64,000 nucleotides of DNA from an uncultured Candidatus Rokubacteria bacterium (GCA_963708025.1 CAVPSB010000016.1:384001-448000), one strand, 5' to 3'; positions 9,196-20,512 are shown, counted from the stretch's first letter. The notes: generated from the sequence alone by a model not told the origin. A program made the numbers and translations.

Positions 9196-11532
9196 TCAGG
9201 ACGGCCGCCGACGGGCGGCCGAGCGGAGCCATTCGAAGAGCCGCGGGCCGGTGACGGGCAACGCGTCCACCTCGACCCCGAGGTCGGCCAGCGCGTCCTC
9301 GACGGCGTTGGCGACGGCGGCGCCCGGGGCGATGATGCCACTCTCGCCGACGCCCTTGATCCCCAGCTCGTTCAGCGCTGACGGGAAGTCCACGGACAGC
9401 ACCTCGAGGGGCGGCACCTCGTCGGCGCGGGGCAGCCCGTAGTCCATCAGGCTTCCCGTCAGGAGCTGCCCGCCGGCGTCGTGGACCAGCTCCTCCATGA
9501 GCGCGCTGCCGAGCCCCTGGACGATGCCCCCGTGGAGCTGCCCCTCCACCACCATCGGGTTGATCGGCTGCCCGCAGTCGTGGACCGCCACGTGCTTGAG
9601 CAGGCGCACCGCGCAGGTCTCGACGTCGACCTCGACCACGCACGCCTGGGCCCCGAAAGCCCACGTCACCGTCTCGGGATAGAAGAAGGCGCAGCCGTTC
9701 AGCCCGGGGCCGCCTGCGGTCGCCAGCCTGGGGCTGCGGACCGCCGCCTGGGCCACCTCGGCCAGCCGGATCCCGCGACCCGGCACGCCCTTGACGAAGA
9801 CCCGGCCCTCCGCCAGCTCGAGGTCCTCGGGAGCGCACTCGAGGAGGTCGGCGGCCACGAGCCGGGCCTTGTCGGCCACCTCGCGAGCGGTGCGCGCCAC
9901 GGCCGGGCCGGCGACGGCGGCCACGCGGCTCGCGATGGTCCCCATCCCGTACCCCACCAGCTGGGTGTCGCCGCCCATCACCACCACCTGCTCGAGCGGC
10001 ACCCCGAGCCGATCGGCACAGATCTGCGCCAGCGTGGTCTCGTGGGCCTGCCCCTGGGCCGAGACGCCGACCATGACGTACACGGTGCCCGACGGGTCGA
10101 CCCGCACCTGCGCGCCCTCGTACGGGCCGAGGCCGGTCCCTTCCACGTACGCCGACAGCCCGATCCCGATCGGCGACCCGGTCCCCGCGCGCCGCTTCTG
10201 CTCGACGCGCCACCCGGCGTAGTCGAGGAGGGCCAGCGCCTTCTCGAACGCGGCGGGGAAGTCGGCCGGATCGTAGACGATCGCGCCCCCGTCGCGGTAG
10301 GTGAGCCCGGTGCGGAACGGCATCTCCGCCGGGCGGATCAGGTTGCGGCGCCGCAGCTCGGCCGGGTCCATCCCGATCCGGCGCGCCGCCCGATCCAGCA
10401 GCCGGTCGAGGACGAGGGCCGCCTCGGGACGGCCCGCGCCCCGGTAGGCCGCGGCGAAGGTCTTGTGGGTCACCACGTTCCGTCCGGTCGCCCGGTAGTG
10501 CGGGACGCGATAGGGCCCGGGCAGATGGTTGATCGTGTTGACCGTGATCGCGTCGCCCAGCGTGGGATACGGCCCGTGGTCCCGGGTGAACTCGGTCTCG
10601 AGCGCGACGATCGTGCCGTCCCGCCGCACGCCGAGCCGCGCGCGATGGGCCTGGTCGCGGTCGGCGGCCGCGGTGAGGAAGTGCTCCTGGCGCGTCTCCA
10701 CCCACTTCACCGGGCAGCCGAGCCGTCGCGCGAGCGCCGGCACCAGGATGTCCTCGGGATAGACGTGGCCCTTCACGCCGAAGCCGCCCCCGACGTCGGG
10801 GGCGAGGACGCGCACCCGCTCCTCGGGGAGCCCGAGGGCGGTCGCGATCGCGCTGCGGACGGCGAACGGCACCTGGGTCGAGACCCAGACGGACAGGAGC
10901 CCCGTGGCGTCCTCGGGCACGGCGAGCACGCCGCGCGGCTCGATGGGGACCCCGAGCACCCGCGGATAACGGAGAGCGGTCTCCACCACGACGTCGGCAT
11001 CGGCCAGGCCCCGGGTCGCGTCGCCGACCTGGCCCGCCGACAGCCCGGCGAGGTTGTCCGGCCAGTCGGGGTGCACTCGGGCCGCCCCCGGTGCCAGCGC
11101 GGTGTCGGCGTGGGCCACGGCGGGAAGCGGCGCGTACTCGATCGCGACGCCGTCGAGCGCGTCCGCCGCGAGGTACGGATCCGTGGCCACGACCGCGACG
11201 ACCGCCTCGCCGACGTGGCGGACCCGGTCGCCGGCAAGCACAGGGTGCGTGTACGGCCGGAAGTGGGGCGTGGGGACCAGCGCCGGGATCGCCGCCGCGG
11301 CCAGCTCCGGCAGCTCGGCCGCCGCGAAAACGGCGCGGACGCCGGGTCGGCGCCGGGCCTCCGTCGCGTCGATCCGGACGATGCGGGCGTGGGCATGGGG
11401 ACTCCGGACCAGGGCCAGGTGGAGCAGACCCGCCACCCGGATGTCGTCCAGGTAGCGTCCGCGTCCCGTGAGAAAGCGGAGATCCTCGCTCCGCTTCACC
11501 GAGCTGCCGACCCAGCGCGCGCCAGGCGTCAT
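9196..11532 (-). CDS. Xanthine dehydrogenase-family Mo-binding large subunit (form II CoxL-like)
   Basis: RSEDLRFLTGRGRY, DVGGGFGVK, AYRGAGRPEA, QGQAHET, GQLHGG, KGVGESG. Confidence 0.9.
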   Translation of the reverse strand: MTPGARWVGSSVKRSEDLRFLTGRGRYLDDIRVAGLLHLALVRSPHAHARIVRIDATEARRRPGVRAVFAAAELPELAAAAIPALVPTPHFRPYTHPVLAGDRVRHVGEAVVAVVATDPYLAADALDGVAIEYAPLPAVAHADTALAPGAARVHPDWPDNLAGLSAGQVGDATRGLADADVVVETALRYPRVLGVPIEPRGVLAVPEDATGLLSVWVSTQVPFAVRSAIATALGLPEERVRVLAPDVGGGFGVKGHVYPEDILVPALARRLGCPVKWVETRQEHFLTAAADRDQAHRARLGVRRDGTIVALETEFTRDHGPYPTLGDAITVNTINHLPGPYRVPHYRATGRNVVTHKTFAAAYRGAGRPEAALVLDRLLDRAARRIGMDPAELRRRNLIRPAEMPFRTGLTYRDGGAIVYDPADFPAAFEKALALLDYAGWRVEQKRRAGTGSPIGIGLSAYVEGTGLGPYEGAQVRVDPSGTVYVMVGVSAQGQAHETTLAQICADRLGVPLEQVVVMGGDTQLVGYGMGTIASRVAAVAGPAVARTAREVADKARLVAADLLECAPEDLELAEGRVFVKGVPGRGIRLAEVAQAAVRSPRLATAGGPGLNGCAFFYPETVTWAFGAQACVVEVDVETCAVRLLKHVAVHDCGQPINPMVVEGQLHGGIVQGLGSALMEELVHDAGGQLLTGSLMDYGLPRADEVPPLEVLSVDFPSALNELGIKGVGESGIIAPGAAVANAVEDALADLGVEVDALPVTGPRLFEWLRSAARRRPS

Positions 11533-11731
11533 GCGAACCGAGCGGCAGGATGTCGAGGGATTCTGGTCATCGGCGATGGCCGTAGCCGATGATACCCCCC
11601 TCGCGCGACGGCTTCAAACGGCCGCCGACCGTATTGATTCGAGTCACCGGAGGCAACAGCTACCAACAGACGGGCGTTACGACCAGACTGAACCGACGCG
11701 CGCGCTGCCGCCGTCAAAAGAGTACGCATTC

Positions 11732-11971
11732 ATGATAGAGTCTGGAGCACTCGGGAGGTACCTGATGGGTCCCTACGACAGTCGCCGACTGACCCTCGAT
11801 CCTGGCCTCACCGCTCTCACGCTTCACGCGTTGCGGAGCCGTGACGGCCACTACCCCTTCATCGAGCGCCACGCCCGATCGCGCAGGCTGCGGGCGGCGC
11901 TCCGGCAACGCCTGGCCGCCTGGTTCCCCACGATCCGCACCCTGCTGACCGCCCGCCCGACCACGAGCTGA
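11732..11971 (+). CDS. Hypothetical protein
   Basis: 79-aa ORF divergent from the Mo-subunit gene; no recognisable motif. Confidence 0.3.
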   Translation: MIESGALGRYLMGPYDSRRLTLDPGLTALTLHALRSRDGHYPFIERHARSRRLRAALRQRLAAWFPTIRTLLTARPTTS

Positions 11972-12122
11972 CGCGCTCGCTCGCCGGCGCCTGGAGACCG
12001 GCCCGCGCCTGAACGACCTGGGTCCCGAGCCCGGGCGGTTGTATCGTAGCCGCCTCTAGGGCCGGGAGCTGGCGCAGATCCCGCGGTACCAGCTCACCGC
12101 CGGGCTCCGCCACAGCCGCCCG

Positions 12123-12374
12123 GGGTGGCCGACGCTCTCGGCCGACCTGTGCTACGTGGGCCCGCGATTCGAGGACGACAGGAATCGAGTCCGTCTCGGC
12201 GACGCCGTGGTCCTCGACCTCACCGTCTCCATGCAGCTTGCCCGGCGCGCCCAGCTCTTCCTGTCGTTCGAGAGCACCCTCGGCAGCGAGCTCGAGCTCG
12301 CGAGGATGAGCGACGGGGTGGCCACGCTCGGCTCCCCGACCCTCGTCCGCGGCGGCCTGCGCGTCGGCTTCTGA
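12123..12374 (+). pseudogene. C-terminal remnant of a TonB-dependent receptor
   Basis: YVGPRFEDDRN..RLGDAVVLDLTVS..L....QLFLSFE...TLGSPTLVRGGLRVGF* with terminal Phe; barrel absent. Confidence 0.6.
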
Positions 12375-12450
12375 GATGAACGTGCCCCACGTGCTAGAGT
12401 AGCTGCCTCATGGTGGACATCCGCCACCACGATGACCGGTATTCGGAAGG

Positions 12451-14046
12451 GTGACTGAGCGCACGGGGCCCGAGACCGTCTCCGCCTGCTTCCGCGCCGC
12501 GCTCGACACCGCGGCCGACACGGGGTTCCTCGCGATGGAGCATGGAACCCTCAGCTACGTCCAGGCGGCCGACTGGTCGCGGGCCGTCGCGAGCGGACTC
12601 ACCGCCCTGGGGATTCGACGGGGAGACCGCGTGGCGATCGTCTCCACAAACCGGCCCGAGATGGTCATCCTGTGGCTGGCGTGCCTCCGGCTCGGCGCGT
12701 GCTTCTGTCCCCTCAACACCGGCTTCACGGGTCCCCAGCTGGCGAATCTCTTCCGGCGGCTGACGCCGGCCCTGGTGATCGCGGAGCCCGGGGCGGCGGC
12801 GGCGATCGCGGACGGCCTGGCCCGGAGCGAGACCGCGGTGCCGGCGGTGGCGCTCGGTCCGGCGCCGACCGGCTGGGCGAGCTGGGACGATCTCGAGCGG
12901 CATCACGGCGATCCCGGCTGGGTCGAGGCCCGGCCGGGCGACCTCGCGGCGATCCTGTGCACGTCGGGCACCACCGGCCCCTCCAAGGCGGTGGCCCTGT
13001 CTCACCGATGGTTCACGAAGATGTGCGAGACGACGGCGCGGTACTGGGGCTTCGGACCGCGGGACGTTTTCTACTCCCCCTTTCCCCTGTACCACATCGA
13101 CGCGCTCGCCCTCACGGTGACCCCCGCCATCTACCACGCCACCGGCACCGCGATCGGGGTCCGCTTCTCGGTCCGCCGGTTCTGGGAGGAGATCCGCCGG
13201 TTCCGGGCGACGGTCTTCGACTTCATGGGCAGCACGCTGACGCTCCTGTGGAAGCGGGAGCCGGCGCCGGATGACGCGGACAACCCGGCGCGCCTCGGGT
13301 GGGGCGTGCCGCTGCCCGATTTCGCCCGCGCGTTCGAGGATCGGTTCGGCTGCCGTTTGGTCGACTGCTACGGCTCCACCGACGTGGGGCTCCCCGTCGT
13401 CGGCCTCCCCGGCGAGCCCAAGCCGACCGGCGCCTGCGGGCGGGCGGTGGAGGGATGCGAGGTGGCTATCCTGTCGCCGGACGGATGGCGTCTTCCCGCC
13501 GGCCACTCCGGTGAGATCGCCATCCGCGTGGACGAGCCCCACACGCTCATGGAGGGTTACGTCGGCGATCCCGAGGCCACCCTCCGGACGTGGCGGGGTC
13601 TGTGGCACCACACGGGCGATCGCGGCCGCCTGGACGAGCAGGGATACCTGTACTTCGAGAGCCGGCTGACCGACTCGATCCGGCGCCGCGGCGAGAACGT
13701 GTCGGCCCAGGAGCTGGAGGAGCTGGTCCTGGCCCATCCCGACGTCCTGGAGGCCGCCGCCGTCGGGGTACCCTCGGAGCTGACCGAGGAGGACATCAAG
13801 GTGGCGGCCGTTCCACGGCGAGGTGCTGCGCTCGACACCCCGGGGCTCGCGCGGTGGCTGGCCGAGCGGGTGCCGCGCTACATGACCGTCCGGTACGTCG
13901 AGCTGGTCGAGGATCTCCCGAGAACCGACACCCAGAAGGTCATGAAGACGACCCTCCGCGAGGAGTGGAGAACGACCGGGACGTGGGACGCCGAGCAGGC
14001 GCGGTTCCTGGCCGACGGGCCCGCCGCTCGACAGGAGAAGCCATGA
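12451..14046 (+). CDS. AMP-binding acyl-CoA ligase (CaiC-like)
   Basis: CTSGTTGPSKA, YGSTD, WHHTGDRG, IRRRGENVS, LPRTDTQK. Confidence 0.9.
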   Translation: MTERTGPETVSACFRAALDTAADTGFLAMEHGTLSYVQAADWSRAVASGLTALGIRRGDRVAIVSTNRPEMVILWLACLRLGACFCPLNTGFTGPQLANLFRRLTPALVIAEPGAAAAIADGLARSETAVPAVALGPAPTGWASWDDLERHHGDPGWVEARPGDLAAILCTSGTTGPSKAVALSHRWFTKMCETTARYWGFGPRDVFYSPFPLYHIDALALTVTPAIYHATGTAIGVRFSVRRFWEEIRRFRATVFDFMGSTLTLLWKREPAPDDADNPARLGWGVPLPDFARAFEDRFGCRLVDCYGSTDVGLPVVGLPGEPKPTGACGRAVEGCEVAILSPDGWRLPAGHSGEIAIRVDEPHTLMEGYVGDPEATLRTWRGLWHHTGDRGRLDEQGYLYFESRLTDSIRRRGENVSAQELEELVLAHPDVLEAAAVGVPSELTEEDIKVAAVPRRGAALDTPGLARWLAERVPRYMTVRYVELVEDLPRTDTQKVMKTTLREEWRTTGTWDAEQARFLADGPAARQEKP

Positions 14047-14828
14047 CGCTCGAGACGGTCCTCTACGACGTGCAGGACGGCATCGCCCGCATCCGGCTCA
14101 ACCGGCCCCACCGGCTGAACGCGATGGTGCCCCAGCTCATGCGCGACCTGCACCGGGCGTTCGTGGCCGCCGCCGAGGACGCGGCGGTGCGGGTCGTCAT
14201 CCTGTGGGGTGAAGGGCGCGCCTTCTGCGCGGGTGACGACCTGAAGGAGTCCGCCCAGGCCCCGACCGACGTCGGCCACGTCCGCGACTTCGTCAACGAG
14301 ATCCAGCAGGTCACCGTGGACATGAAGTCGATGCCCAAGCCGATCATCGGCGCCATTCACGGCTACGCGGTCGGCGGCGGATGCGAGCTGGCGCTGGACT
14401 GCGATCTCGTGGTGGCGGCCGAGGACGCGAAGTTCGGGTTCGTCGAGACCGGGGTCGGACTGTTCTGCACCGGCGGCGTGACCCACTTCCTCCCCCGCAC
14501 GGTGGGGCTCGCCAAGGCGAAGGAGCTGATCATGACGGGCGAGCTCTTCGACGGACGGGAGGCCGAGCGGCTCGGGCTGGTGAACCGGGCGGTGCCCCGG
14601 GACCAGGTGCTCCCGGTGGCCGAGGCCCTCGCGCGGAAGATCATGGCGAGGGCCCCCATCCCGATCTCGATGACGAAGCTCGCCCTCGAGGCGGGGGTCC
14701 AGAGCGATCTCGCCACGGCCATGGCCCTGGAGACCGCCTCGACGGTCACCTGCTTCCTGACGGAAGACGCGCGGGAAGGTGCGCGGGCCTTCGTCGAGAA
14801 GCGACCGCCACGCTACAGCGGCCGATAG
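14043..14828 (+). CDS. Enoyl-CoA hydratase/isomerase
   Basis: LNRPHRLNA, AFCAGDDL, GYAVGGGCELAL, FGFVE; ATGA overlap with the ligase. Confidence 0.92.
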   Translation: MTLETVLYDVQDGIARIRLNRPHRLNAMVPQLMRDLHRAFVAAAEDAAVRVVILWGEGRAFCAGDDLKESAQAPTDVGHVRDFVNEIQQVTVDMKSMPKPIIGAIHGYAVGGGCELALDCDLVVAAEDAKFGFVETGVGLFCTGGVTHFLPRTVGLAKAKELIMTGELFDGREAERLGLVNRAVPRDQVLPVAEALARKIMARAPIPISMTKLALEAGVQSDLATAMALETASTVTCFLTEDAREGARAFVEKRPPRYSGR

Positions 14829-15015
14829 CACAGAATCAGCCCGGAAGAACGAGGCCGCCGCCGCCTTGTGCGACGGCCCGGCCTGCGCTACGCTCTCGCC
14901 ACGTGGAGCCATCCCGGAGCGGAGCCGGGCCGCCCGAACCGGCGTCATGCCCCGCGTGCCCAACCACGCAGGAGACCGCGGCGTTCCGCTTCAACCGCCC
15001 AAGGAGGTAGGGTCG

Positions 15016-16557
15016 ATGCGAACTCTTCGAGTGATCCTCACCCTCGCGCTGGCCGCCGGACTGGTGGTGGCCGGCTTCCTGCCCGCCGTGCTGGACGTCT
15101 CGGCCCAGCAAGCGAAGAAGGTGATCAAGTTCGGCGTCAACCGGGGGGCCGAGAACCTCGACCCCGTGACCCAGGACGCCAACCCCGACATCTGGGCCTT
15201 CATGCAGATCTACCAGCAGCTCGTGCGCGTCAACGTCAAGGGCGACGGCTTCGAGCCCGACCTCGCCGAGAAGTGGACCACGTCGGCGGACGGCCGGACG
15301 TGGACCTTCATGCTGCGAAAGAACGCCAAGTTCTCGACCGGCGATCCGGTGACGGCCGCCGACGCCGTCTGGTCGCTCAAGCGGGCGCGCGACACCAAGG
15401 GTCCGTGGAAGTGGGCCCTGGAAGCGGTGGAGGACATCGCGGCCAAGGACGACCACACGGTGGTCATCTCCCTCAAGGAGCCGTGGGCGCCCTTCCTGGC
15501 CGACATCTCGCTCTTCTCCAACAGCATCATGTCCGAGAAGGTGTTCAAGAACGCCTCCGCCGACGACATCTCCAACAAGCCGGTCGGCTCCGGACCCTTC
15601 ATGCTCGCCGAGTGGAAGAAGGGCGAGGTGCTGATCATGAAGGCCAACCCCCACTACTACGAGAAGGGCCTGCCGAGGACGGCCGAGCTGCACATCCGGT
15701 ACATCCCGGACGACAACAGCCGGATCATCGCGCTCCAGTCGGGCGAGCTGGACGGCATCGACTACCCGCCGTTCTCCCGCATGGAGGAGCTGAGAAAGGA
15801 TCCCAAGCTGGAGGCGCAGCTCAATCCCTCCACCCAGGTGTCGCACCTCGTGCTCAACGTCCGCGAGGCTCCGCTCAACAACGTGAAGCTCCGTCAGGCG
15901 CTGGCCTACGCCACCGACCGGGCCGCCATCGTCAAGGCCGTCTGCTTCGGGAACTGCACGCCGGCGACGACCTTCCTGCCGATGACGACCCCGTTCTTCA
16001 ACAAGGGCTCGAAGGGCTACCCCACCGACCTCAACAAGGCCAAGCAGCTCTTCAAGGAATCCGGGGTGGGAACGGCGGTCACGCTGAAGCTCATGTACCG
16101 CTCCAACGACGCGGTCCACCAGCCGACCGCGGTGGCCCTGAAGGAGATGTGGGGCAAGCTCGGCGTCAACCTCGAGCTGGAGCCGCTCGACCGCGCCACC
16201 GAGACGCAGCGCTACCGGGCGAACCAGTTCCAGGTCCGCGTGACCGGCTGGACCAACGACATCCCCGACCCCTCGCAGCTCGCGGCCTACGAGCTGGGGT
16301 TCACGGAGAGCGAGTCGTACCACAGCGGCTACAAGTCGGCGGAGATGGACGCGCTCCTGGCCAGGGGCATGCGCGAGACGAACCTCGAGAAGCGCCGGCA
16401 GATCTACTACGAGATCCAGGAGCTGGCGCTGCGGGACTCGCCGCTCATCTGGCTCTACTACTCGCCCTACACCATCGCCATCAACAAGAAGATGAAGGGG
16501 TTCGTGCAGATGGCCACCGGGCCCTGGATCTTCAAGAACGTGACCGTCGGCGAGTAG
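15016..16557 (+). CDS. ABC peptide/nickel substrate-binding protein (family 5)
   Basis: AAGGAGG RBS, signal peptide, DLAEKW...TWTFMLRKNAKFSTGDPVTAAD, PVGSGPF. Confidence 0.92.
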   Translation: MRTLRVILTLALAAGLVVAGFLPAVLDVSAQQAKKVIKFGVNRGAENLDPVTQDANPDIWAFMQIYQQLVRVNVKGDGFEPDLAEKWTTSADGRTWTFMLRKNAKFSTGDPVTAADAVWSLKRARDTKGPWKWALEAVEDIAAKDDHTVVISLKEPWAPFLADISLFSNSIMSEKVFKNASADDISNKPVGSGPFMLAEWKKGEVLIMKANPHYYEKGLPRTAELHIRYIPDDNSRIIALQSGELDGIDYPPFSRMEELRKDPKLEAQLNPSTQVSHLVLNVREAPLNNVKLRQALAYATDRAAIVKAVCFGNCTPATTFLPMTTPFFNKGSKGYPTDLNKAKQLFKESGVGTAVTLKLMYRSNDAVHQPTAVALKEMWGKLGVNLELEPLDRATETQRYRANQFQVRVTGWTNDIPDPSQLAAYELGFTESESYHSGYKSAEMDALLARGMRETNLEKRRQIYYEIQELALRDSPLIWLYYSPYTIAINKKMKGFVQMATGPWIFKNVTVGE

Positions 16558-16564
16558 CGGCCCC

Positions 16565-17506
16565 GTGCCCCTCGCCAGCTACGCCCTCCGGCGCATCGGC
16601 CAGACCCTGCCGGTGGCCCTGCTGGTGACGGTGCTGATCTTCCTCCTCATCAAGCTGCTCCCCGGGGACCCGGCGGCGGCCATCCTCGGGGAGCGGGCCA
16701 GCGACGCGGCGGTCCAGGCCCTGCACCGGCAGTGGGGCCTGGATCGCCCGCTCTGGCAGCAGTACGCGGTCTACATGCGGAACCTGGCGACGGGCGACCT
16801 GGGCCAGTCGTTCCGCTACCGCACCCCGGTGATCGACCTCCTCCCCCGCCGCATGGGGGTGACGATGTTCCTCGTGGTCTACAGCCTCGTCCTGGCCGTG
16901 GTCATCGCCGTGCCGCTGGCCGTCGTGGCGGCCACGAACCGCGAGCGCTGGCCCGACCAGGCGGTGCGGGCCCTGATCACGCTGCCGCTGGCGTCGCCCC
17001 CCTTCTGGATCGGCATCCTGCTCCTCATCGTCTTCGCGCTCAAGCTCGGCTGGTTCCCGGCCACCGGCTACGGCGAGGGCTTCACCGGCCACCTCCGCCA
17101 CCTGTTCCTGCCGGCCCTCACGCTCTCCCACGCGTTCGCGGCGGTCCTGACCCGCAACCTCCGCTCCGCTCTCATCGACGTGCAGACCACCACCTACGTC
17201 GACTTCGCCCGCGCCAAGGGTCTGGACCGGCCGCACGTCCTGGTCCACCACGTGCTGCGCGCCGCGCTGCTGCCGATCGTCACGCTGATCGGCGTCCGCC
17301 TCTCGTACGCCATCGGGGGCTCGGTGGTCGTCGAGACCGTCTTCTCGCTGCCCGGCCTCGGGTCCTGGATGGTGGAGTCGATCATGGCCCGCGACTACAT
17401 GGTCGTCCAGACCCTGACCCTGGCCTTCGCGCTCGGCGCGATGGCGATCAACCTCGCCACCGACCTGGTCTACCCGCTGTTCGATCCCCGGGTCCGCATG
17501 GGATAG
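16565..17506 (+). CDS. ABC peptide permease (DppB/OppB type)
   Basis: LPGDPA, GDLGQS, YVDFARAKG, VVETVFSLPGLG. Confidence 0.92.
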   Translation: MPLASYALRRIGQTLPVALLVTVLIFLLIKLLPGDPAAAILGERASDAAVQALHRQWGLDRPLWQQYAVYMRNLATGDLGQSFRYRTPVIDLLPRRMGVTMFLVVYSLVLAVVIAVPLAVVAATNRERWPDQAVRALITLPLASPPFWIGILLLIVFALKLGWFPATGYGEGFTGHLRHLFLPALTLSHAFAAVLTRNLRSALIDVQTTTYVDFARAKGLDRPHVLVHHVLRAALLPIVTLIGVRLSYAIGGSVVVETVFSLPGLGSWMVESIMARDYMVVQTLTLAFALGAMAINLATDLVYPLFDPRVRMG

Positions 17507-17512
17507 GCCCCG

Positions 17513-18365
17513 GTGAGCGTCGTCGCCGCGGAGATCCCGATCGCAGCGTCGGCCCGGCCGCGGCTCCACCGGAGCCTCACGGCCGGCGGGCTCATGCTGG
17601 GACTCCTGGTCGCCGCCGCGGTGGCCGGCCCGCTGCTCTCGCCGTACACCCCGACCGCCCACGACTTCGACGCGCTCCTCCAGCCCCCGAGCCTCGCCCA
17701 CCCGTTCGGCACCGACAACTTCGGGCGGGACGTGCTGACCCGGATCATCTATGGCGCCGTCATCGACCTGCGCATCGGCGTGCTGGCGGTGGCGTTCCCC
17801 TTCGTCTTCGGCTCGGTGCTGGGGGCGGCGGCCGGCTACTACGGCCGCTGGGTCGACACGCTGGTCATGCGGGTCGTCGACGTGATCACCGCGGTGCCCT
17901 TCCTGGTCCTCGTGATCGCCGTGGTCGCGTTCCTGGGGCCGGGCGAGGTCAACATCTTCATCGCCATCGGGGGCGTCGGCTGGGTGACCTACGCCCGCCT
18001 GGTGCGCGGTGAGGTGTTGCGCGAGAAGAGCCTGGAGTACGTGGCGGCCGGGCGGGCGCTCGGGTTCCGCCGGTGGCGGCTCCTCCTCGGCCACGTCCTG
18101 CCCAACGCGATCCCGCCCGGCGGTCATCTTCCTCGCCTCCGACGTCGTGCTCGTCATCCTCACCACCGCGTCGCTCGGCTTCCTGGGCCTGGGCGTCCGG
18201 CCCCCCGCGCCCGAGTGGGGGATGATGATCTCGGAGGGGCGCGAGTTCCTGGCCAGCGGGTGGTGGGTGGCGACCATGCCCGGCTTCGCCTGCATGTACA
18301 CCGGCCTCGCCTTCATCCTCCTCGGCGACGGGGTCGCCGACCTCCTCCGCGTGAAGGGGCAGTGA
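17513..18365 (+). CDS. ABC peptide permease (DppC type; frameshift near 18118)
   Basis: HPFGTDNFGRD, YARLVRG, HVLPN; second frame SLGFLGLGVRPPAPEWG. Confidence 0.88.
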
Positions 18366-18395
18366 GAGGAGCCGGCAGGCGGGCATCCGGCACCC

Positions 18396-18520
18396 CCAGG
18401 TGGGGGGGTCCAGGTGGGGACCGCCGGAAGGGCGGGACGGACGCCCACAGGCCGAAGGCCGTCCGATCTACGCAGGCCGAACGCGTCCCGGCGAGTTGGT
18501 GGTTGGGACTCCCCCCCTGG
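18396..18520. repeat. Palindromic intergenic repeat carrying the module shared with 1329-1384
   Basis: CGGGACGGACGCCCACAGGCCGAAGGCCGTCCGATCTACGCAGGCCGAACGCGTCC (18433-18488) inside G-run/C-run inverted arms. Confidence 0.75.
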
Positions 18521-18531
18521 CGAACAATCCA

Positions 18532-19498
18532 GTGACCGGCGACGGGCTCCTCGCGGTCGAGGACCTGCGCGTGGAGATCCCGACCCGGCGCGGCGTCGTC
18601 CACGCCGTGCGGGGCGTCAGCTTCGGCGTGCAGGCGGGCGAGACCTTCGCCCTGGTCGGGGAGTCGGGCTCGGGCAAGACGATGACCTGCCGGGCGATCG
18701 TCCGCCTCGTCCACCCGCCGGGGCGGATCACCGGGGGCCGCGTCGTCTTCCAGGGGCGCGACCTGGTGCGGCTGCCCGAGCGGGAGCTGGAGCGCATCCG
18801 CGGGCGCGGCCTGGTCATGGTCTTCCAGGACCCCATGACGGCCCTCAACCCCGTGCTGAGCGTCGAGCGCCAGATTACCGAGGTCCTGTCCGATGGCGGC
18901 TCCCGGCGGGCCCGGGCCGTGGAGCTCCTCCGGCAGGTCGGCATCCCGGACCCCGAGCGGCGGCTCCAGGCCTATCCTCACCAGCTCTCCGGCGGCCAGC
19001 GCCAGCGCGTGATGCTGGCCATCGCCCTCGCGCGCCAGCCGCGGCTGCTCCTCGCCGACGAGCCCACCACCGCGCTGGACGTGACGATCCAGGCCCAGAT
19101 CCTCCGCCTCATCGTGAGCCTCCAGAAGGCGATGGGGATGGCGCTCATCCTCGTGACCCACGACCTGGGCGTGGTCTACCAGGCGGTCGATCGCGTCGCC
19201 GTCATGTACGCCGGCCAGGTGGTCGAGCTGGCGACCACGGCCGAGCTGTTCGCGCGGCCCCGCCATCCGTACACGATCGGCCTGATCGCGTCGATCCCCA
19301 GCCTCGACCGGAGCCGGCCCCTGGTGCCCATCCCCGGGTCGCCACCCGACCTGGTCGCGGTCGGCCGGGGCTGTCCGTTCGCCCCCCGCTGCGCCTGGGC
19401 GTCGGCGGAGTGCCTGGACGGCGACATCCCGCTCCGTCCGGTCGGTGACGCCCACTGGAGTCGGTGCATCAAGGCGGAAAGCCTCGACCGGTGTCTGA
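18532..19498 (+). CDS. ABC peptide ATP-binding protein (DppD type; stop probably lost to an indel)
   Basis: [41 protein letters not shown]. Confidence 0.88.
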
Positions 19499-20512
19499 GC
19501 CCCTCCTCGAGGTCCGCGACCTCGTCAAGCACTTCCCGCTGCGCCACACGCTCCTCGACGTCGCGCGCGGCCGGCCGCCCGAGGCCGTCCGCGCGGTGGA
19601 CGGCGTCTCCTTCACGCTCGAGCGGGGCCGGACGCTCGGCCTGGTCGGCGAGTCGGGGTGCGGGAAGAGCACGCTCGGGCGCTGCATCCTCCGGCTCCAC
19701 GACGCCGACCGGGGCGAGATCCGGTTCGACGGCGTGGACCTGGCGCGGCTCGGCGAGGCCGAGCTGATTCCCTATCGCAAGCGCCTGCAGGTCGTCTTCC
19801 AGGACCCCTACGCCTCGCTCAACCCCCGGCAGCGCGTGGGCCGGACCCTGGCCGAGGTGCTCGACGTCCACGGCATCGACGGTCCGGGGGGACGCCGCCG
19901 ACCGCGTGGAGCAGCTCCTGGTCCAGGTGGGCCTGAGCCCGGCCGACGCCCGGAAGTATCCGGGCGAGTTCTCCGGCGGACAGCGCCAGCGGGTCGGCAT
20001 CGCCCGGGCGCTGGCGGTGGAGCCGGAGCTGCTCATCGCCGACGAGCCGCTCTCGGCGCTCGACGTCTCGATCCAGGCCCAGATCCTCCAGCTCCTGCTC
20101 GACCTGCGGACCTCGCTCGGGCTCGACGATGATCTTCATCTCCCACGACCTCCGCGTCGTGCGGTATCTGAGCGACGAGGTGGCCGTGATGTACCTGGGC
20201 AAGATCGTCGAGCGCGCGCCCACCGCGACGCTCTTCGCCCGGCCCCGGCACCCGTACACGGCGGCGCTCCTGTCGGCCGTGCCCGAGGTGGGCGGCGAGC
20301 GCCGGGACACCGTCCCCATCGAGGGCGAGCCGCCGAGCGCCGTCCGGATCCCGGCCGGCTGCCGGTTCCATCCCCGCTGCGCCTGGCGCGAGGAGCGATG
20401 CCTCCGGCAGTCGCCGGAGCTCCGCGAGCTGGCGCCCGCGCACTTCGTCGCCTGCCACGTCGCGGAAGATCGCGCGGCGACTGGTGATTCCCAGCCGCGG
20501 CCCCCCGGGTGA
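19491..20512 (+). CDS. ABC peptide ATP-binding protein (DppF type; frameshifts near 19890 and 20125)
   Basis: GESGCGKS / [11 protein letters not shown] / [18 protein letters not shown] split over three frames. Confidence 0.85.

Noticed and set aside
8396-10705. 769-aa ORF as a large dioxygenase fusion
   Set aside because: Only the last 262 codons are LigB-like; the upstream part is an off-frame overlap of the Mo-subunit gene
9196-11532. Aerobic CO dehydrogenase (form I coxL)
   Set aside because: Active-site loop is AYRGAGR, not AYxCSFR, and there are no coxMS or accessory genes
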